Shown: piece after piece, positions 61,660 through 64,000 of the stretch | How positions within the stretch are numbered: the first letter of the stretch is position 1 | Layout of the letters: each line of letters starts with the position of its first letter | DNA from: Gloeobacterales cyanobacterium | GTDB lineage: Bacteria > Cyanobacteriota > Cyanobacteriia > Gloeobacterales > PMM-0068 | Direction: 5' to 3' | Assembly (NCBI GenBank): GCA_038245785.1 | Contig: JBBRSB010000008.1 | Span: 32,001 to 96,000, forward strand | DNA length: 64,000 nt | Program-made: the position numbers and the translations under genes | Notes under the pieces: generated by a model | The model's input: only the letters and a program-made list of their open reading frames with translations | Database searches by the model: none | What the model was told of the DNA's origin: nothing

Positions 61660-63005
61660 TAAATATCCCCTACAAAACGATTGGGATTGAGTAACTTTCC
61701 TGGATCAAACTGATTCTTCAAGGAACGCATAAGGCCCAATGAATTGGAGGTATAACCCCAAACATCGAACTTTTGCTTGAGGGCAACAGGGGCTTCCAGA
61801 ATGCTAAGAAATCCTTGTTGAGTCTGATAATAAGTCCGGAGTTCCATAAGGAAACGCTGGAGGTTATCTGCCGATGAATCTTCTACCTGTATAACACCAA
61901 CGCCACTACCTGCATGAAGGATGCCCAACGTTTTTTCTACAGACAAATTATGTTTTTTGGCCATAGTTTCTAGCATCGTGAGCGCTTCTACTGCATGGGA
62001 AGGTAAGACCCCTATCTTGCATGTTACTGCCGGATTTTTAGGTTCTCGTACTTCTTGTACGCTTTTCCACAAGCGAACTTCTTCTTGTTCAACGAAAGAT
62101 ATACTCGATAAGCGCAATTCCTGAGTGATTGCTTGCCATTGGCGAGATTGCTCCTGCACGCTGGCCTCTAATCCCTGAAAGCGAATGAGCAGCCCTGAGG
62201 CTCGTTCAGCGCCTAGACGAGATACAAGATTCGGCGAAAGAAGATCTGCCGTCGTTGGGGTCAGCACTGAACGAAATAGAATTTCTCTAGCCTGCGTGAT
62301 TTTTGTCATATCCCCCGTCATCAATAGGGTCTTGGAAGTTTCTGGCAAGGGATAGAGGCGCAAAGTCACCTGTGCTATAAATCCCAAGGTGCCATAGGCT
62401 CCGGTAAAGAGTTTCATCAAGTCATAGCCTGCAACATTCTTGACGACGCGCCCTCCTGCTTTCGCCACTTGACCATCCGCCCGAATAAAGGAAATGCCCA
62501 GCAACAGGTCACGGACGCCCCCATAGCGTTGACGTAAAGAGCCTGTATCTGCTGTGGCGATGATGCCTCCAAGCGTTGCTGTACCGCTATAGGTCGGGTC
62601 CAACGGCAGGAATTGGCCTTCTTTCGCCAAAATCGCCTGTAGATAGGCAAAGGGGATTCCTGCTTCCACCGTAACGGTCAGATCTCCCACGGCATGATCT
62701 ATCAAGCGAATAAGACCCTTACTGCTGACTACGATCTGAGGTTCTTTAACCAGTCCGCCCCAGCCAAGCTTACTTCCCTTGCCTGCCAGCAACATCCGCC
62801 ATTTATGACGCTGAGCACAGGCTATGACTTCAGCCAGCTCTTCCTGGCTACTGGGAGAAACCATACAGGCTATGGCAGATGAGGGCGTAACCGCCTGCTC
62901 TATTTTTGCTTGCCAAGCAGGTTCTAGATCTATAGGCGAATGAACGAGCGTTGACCCGACCATGGATTCCAGTTTTTCTACAATAAGCGCTTGATCCACT
63001 ACCAC
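61659..63005 (-). CDS. glcE: Glycolate oxidase FAD subunit
   Basis: DLTVTVEAG, ATLGG, GGRVVKNVAGYDL, FDP..LNP. Confidence 0.9.
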   Translation of the reverse strand: MVVDQALIVEKLESMVGSTLVHSPIDLEPAWQAKIEQAVTPSSAIACMVSPSSQEELAEVIACAQRHKWRMLLAGKGSKLGWGGLVKEPQIVVSSKGLIRLIDHAVGDLTVTVEAGIPFAYLQAILAKEGQFLPLDPTYSGTATLGGIIATADTGSLRQRYGGVRDLLLGISFIRADGQVAKAGGRVVKNVAGYDLMKLFTGAYGTLGFIAQVTLRLYPLPETSKTLLMTGDMTKITQAREILFRSVLTPTTADLLSPNLVSRLGAERASGLLIRFQGLEASVQEQSRQWQAITQELRLSSISFVEQEEVRLWKSVQEVREPKNPAVTCKIGVLPSHAVEALTMLETMAKKHNLSVEKTLGILHAGSGVGVIQVEDSSADNLQRFLMELRTYYQTQQGFLSILEAPVALKQKFDVWGYTSNSLGLMRSLKNQFDPGKLLNPNRFVGDI

Positions 63006-63298
63006 CTATCTGACTGCAGAGATGGTTTCAATATAAAGCTATTTCTCTGCTTGAAGGCTTATGTTTTTAAAAGTATCAGGGTGGGAAAATCATACGAGGA
63101 AATAGATAGTGAAAGTAATAGTAACAAGAATTGCAGAATAATAAATCCTAGTCTGAATCAATGGAGATTCTGGAATTAACGATATAAAAGGGCTAATAAG
63201 ATACAAGGCTAAATGACGTTTCTCTAGAACAGGATATGTCTATTGTAATCCTAGTTAAATTGAAAAATTTTGTGTTATGGCAAGGTTTGATTAGACCA

Positions 63299-63327
63299 AC
63301 CCCTCAGTCCCTACGGGACTGAGGGGT
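63299..63327. repeat. Perfect hairpin (terminator or REP-like)
   Basis: ACCCCTCAGTCCC-TAC-GGGACTGAGGGGT just after the ABC gene stop. Confidence 0.7.
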
Positions 63328-63330
63328 AGA

Positions 63331-64000
63331 TCAAGCTGCAATCATTTGAAGACGATATAGACTCGCATATAGCCCATTTTGCTGCATGAGCTGCTCATGA
63401 CTCCCCTCTTCCACCAGTTCACCCCGCTTCAACACTAAGATACGGTCTACATTGCGAATCGTTGTTAAACGGTGGGCAATGATGATTGCTGTTCGGCCTT
63501 CTAATAATCGGTCTAAAGCCTCTTGAACCAACGCTTCTGTCCTGACATCCAGACTGGCGGTGGCTTCATCCAATACCAGAATCGGAGGATAGCGTACGGC
63601 AGCTCGGGCAAATGCCAAAAGCTGCTTTTGGCCAGAGGAAAGGTTATTGCCCCGCTCTCTGATTTCCGTTTGATAGCCTTGAGGTAAGTGCTGAATAAAA
63701 CTATCTACATTCATTCTTTGAGCAGCAGATTCAATCTTCTCTTGGGGATAATCGTCTCCAAGAGCAATATTAGAGGCGACATCTCCTGAGAAGAGAAACC
63801 CTTCCTGCAAAATCACACCGACATAGTTGCGCAGTTCTGCTTGTGTAACCTGAGTGATATCGACACCATCAATTAAAATTCGACCTTCACTAGGCTCATA
63901 CAAGCGAGAAAGAAGACGAATAATTGAACTCTTGCCTGCTCCCGTGGGACCAACCAGTGCTACTTTTTCTCCAGGCTTAATCTTAAAACTTAAATCCTTA
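63331..64000 (-). CDS. ABC exporter ATP-binding domain (partial; 5' end outside the window)
   Basis: GPTGAGKS, LSSGQKQ, LVLDEAT, IAHRL. Confidence 0.92.
   Translation of the reverse strand, partial: KDLSFKIKPGEKVALVGPTGAGKSSIIRLLSRLYEPSEGRILIDGVDITQVTQAELRNYVGVILQEGFLFSGDVASNIALGDDYPQEKIESAAQRMNVDSFIQHLPQGYQTEIRERGNNLSSGQKQLLAFARAAVRYPPILVLDEATASLDVRTEALVQEALDRLLEGRTAIIIAHRLTTIRNVDRILVLKRGELVEEGSHEQLMQQNGLYASLYRLQMIAA

Noticed and set aside
63006..63290. AT-rich stretch upstream of glcE as a small membrane gene or glcD remnant
   Set aside because: No convincing continuous ORF or recognisable motif.

Overview
Cyanobacterial chromosomal DNA. About 50 kb (c. 1270-51458) is an accessory region ending at the 3' end of tRNA-Ser(CGA). 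It holds a fermentation/low-oxygen gene set: the bidirectional NiFe hydrogenase hoxEFUYH, hoxW, hypA/D/E, nifJ-DHODH-like-pfkA, pyruvate kinase, an acetate-CoA ligase/GNAT fusion, a P-type ATPase, an archaeal-type SAM synthetase, HPF-CSD, Hsp20 and a hydrolase. It also carries many pseudogenes and a ~10 kb block between hoxH and hoxW made of a dense, partly decayed toxin-antitoxin mosaic and two low-GC cargo genes. The strongest unexplained signal is a 15-bp motif, yTCACAAGTTCCTCA, found six times in intergenic DNA. Each copy sits exactly 11 bp upstream of a -10-like hexamer and points into a gene of the region, suggesting one shared regulon with an unidentified regulator. Other points of note are a 55-bp direct repeat bracketing a low-GC gene, a perfect 40-bp palindrome on a toxin start, and palindromic repeats inserted in frame in nifJ and hoxF. 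The last ~12.5 kb is ordinary housekeeping DNA (aroE, xth, suhB, sugar kinase, duplicated lipoproteins, phosphoketolase, glcEF, ABC transporter). All calls come from reading the sequence by eye; no searches were run.
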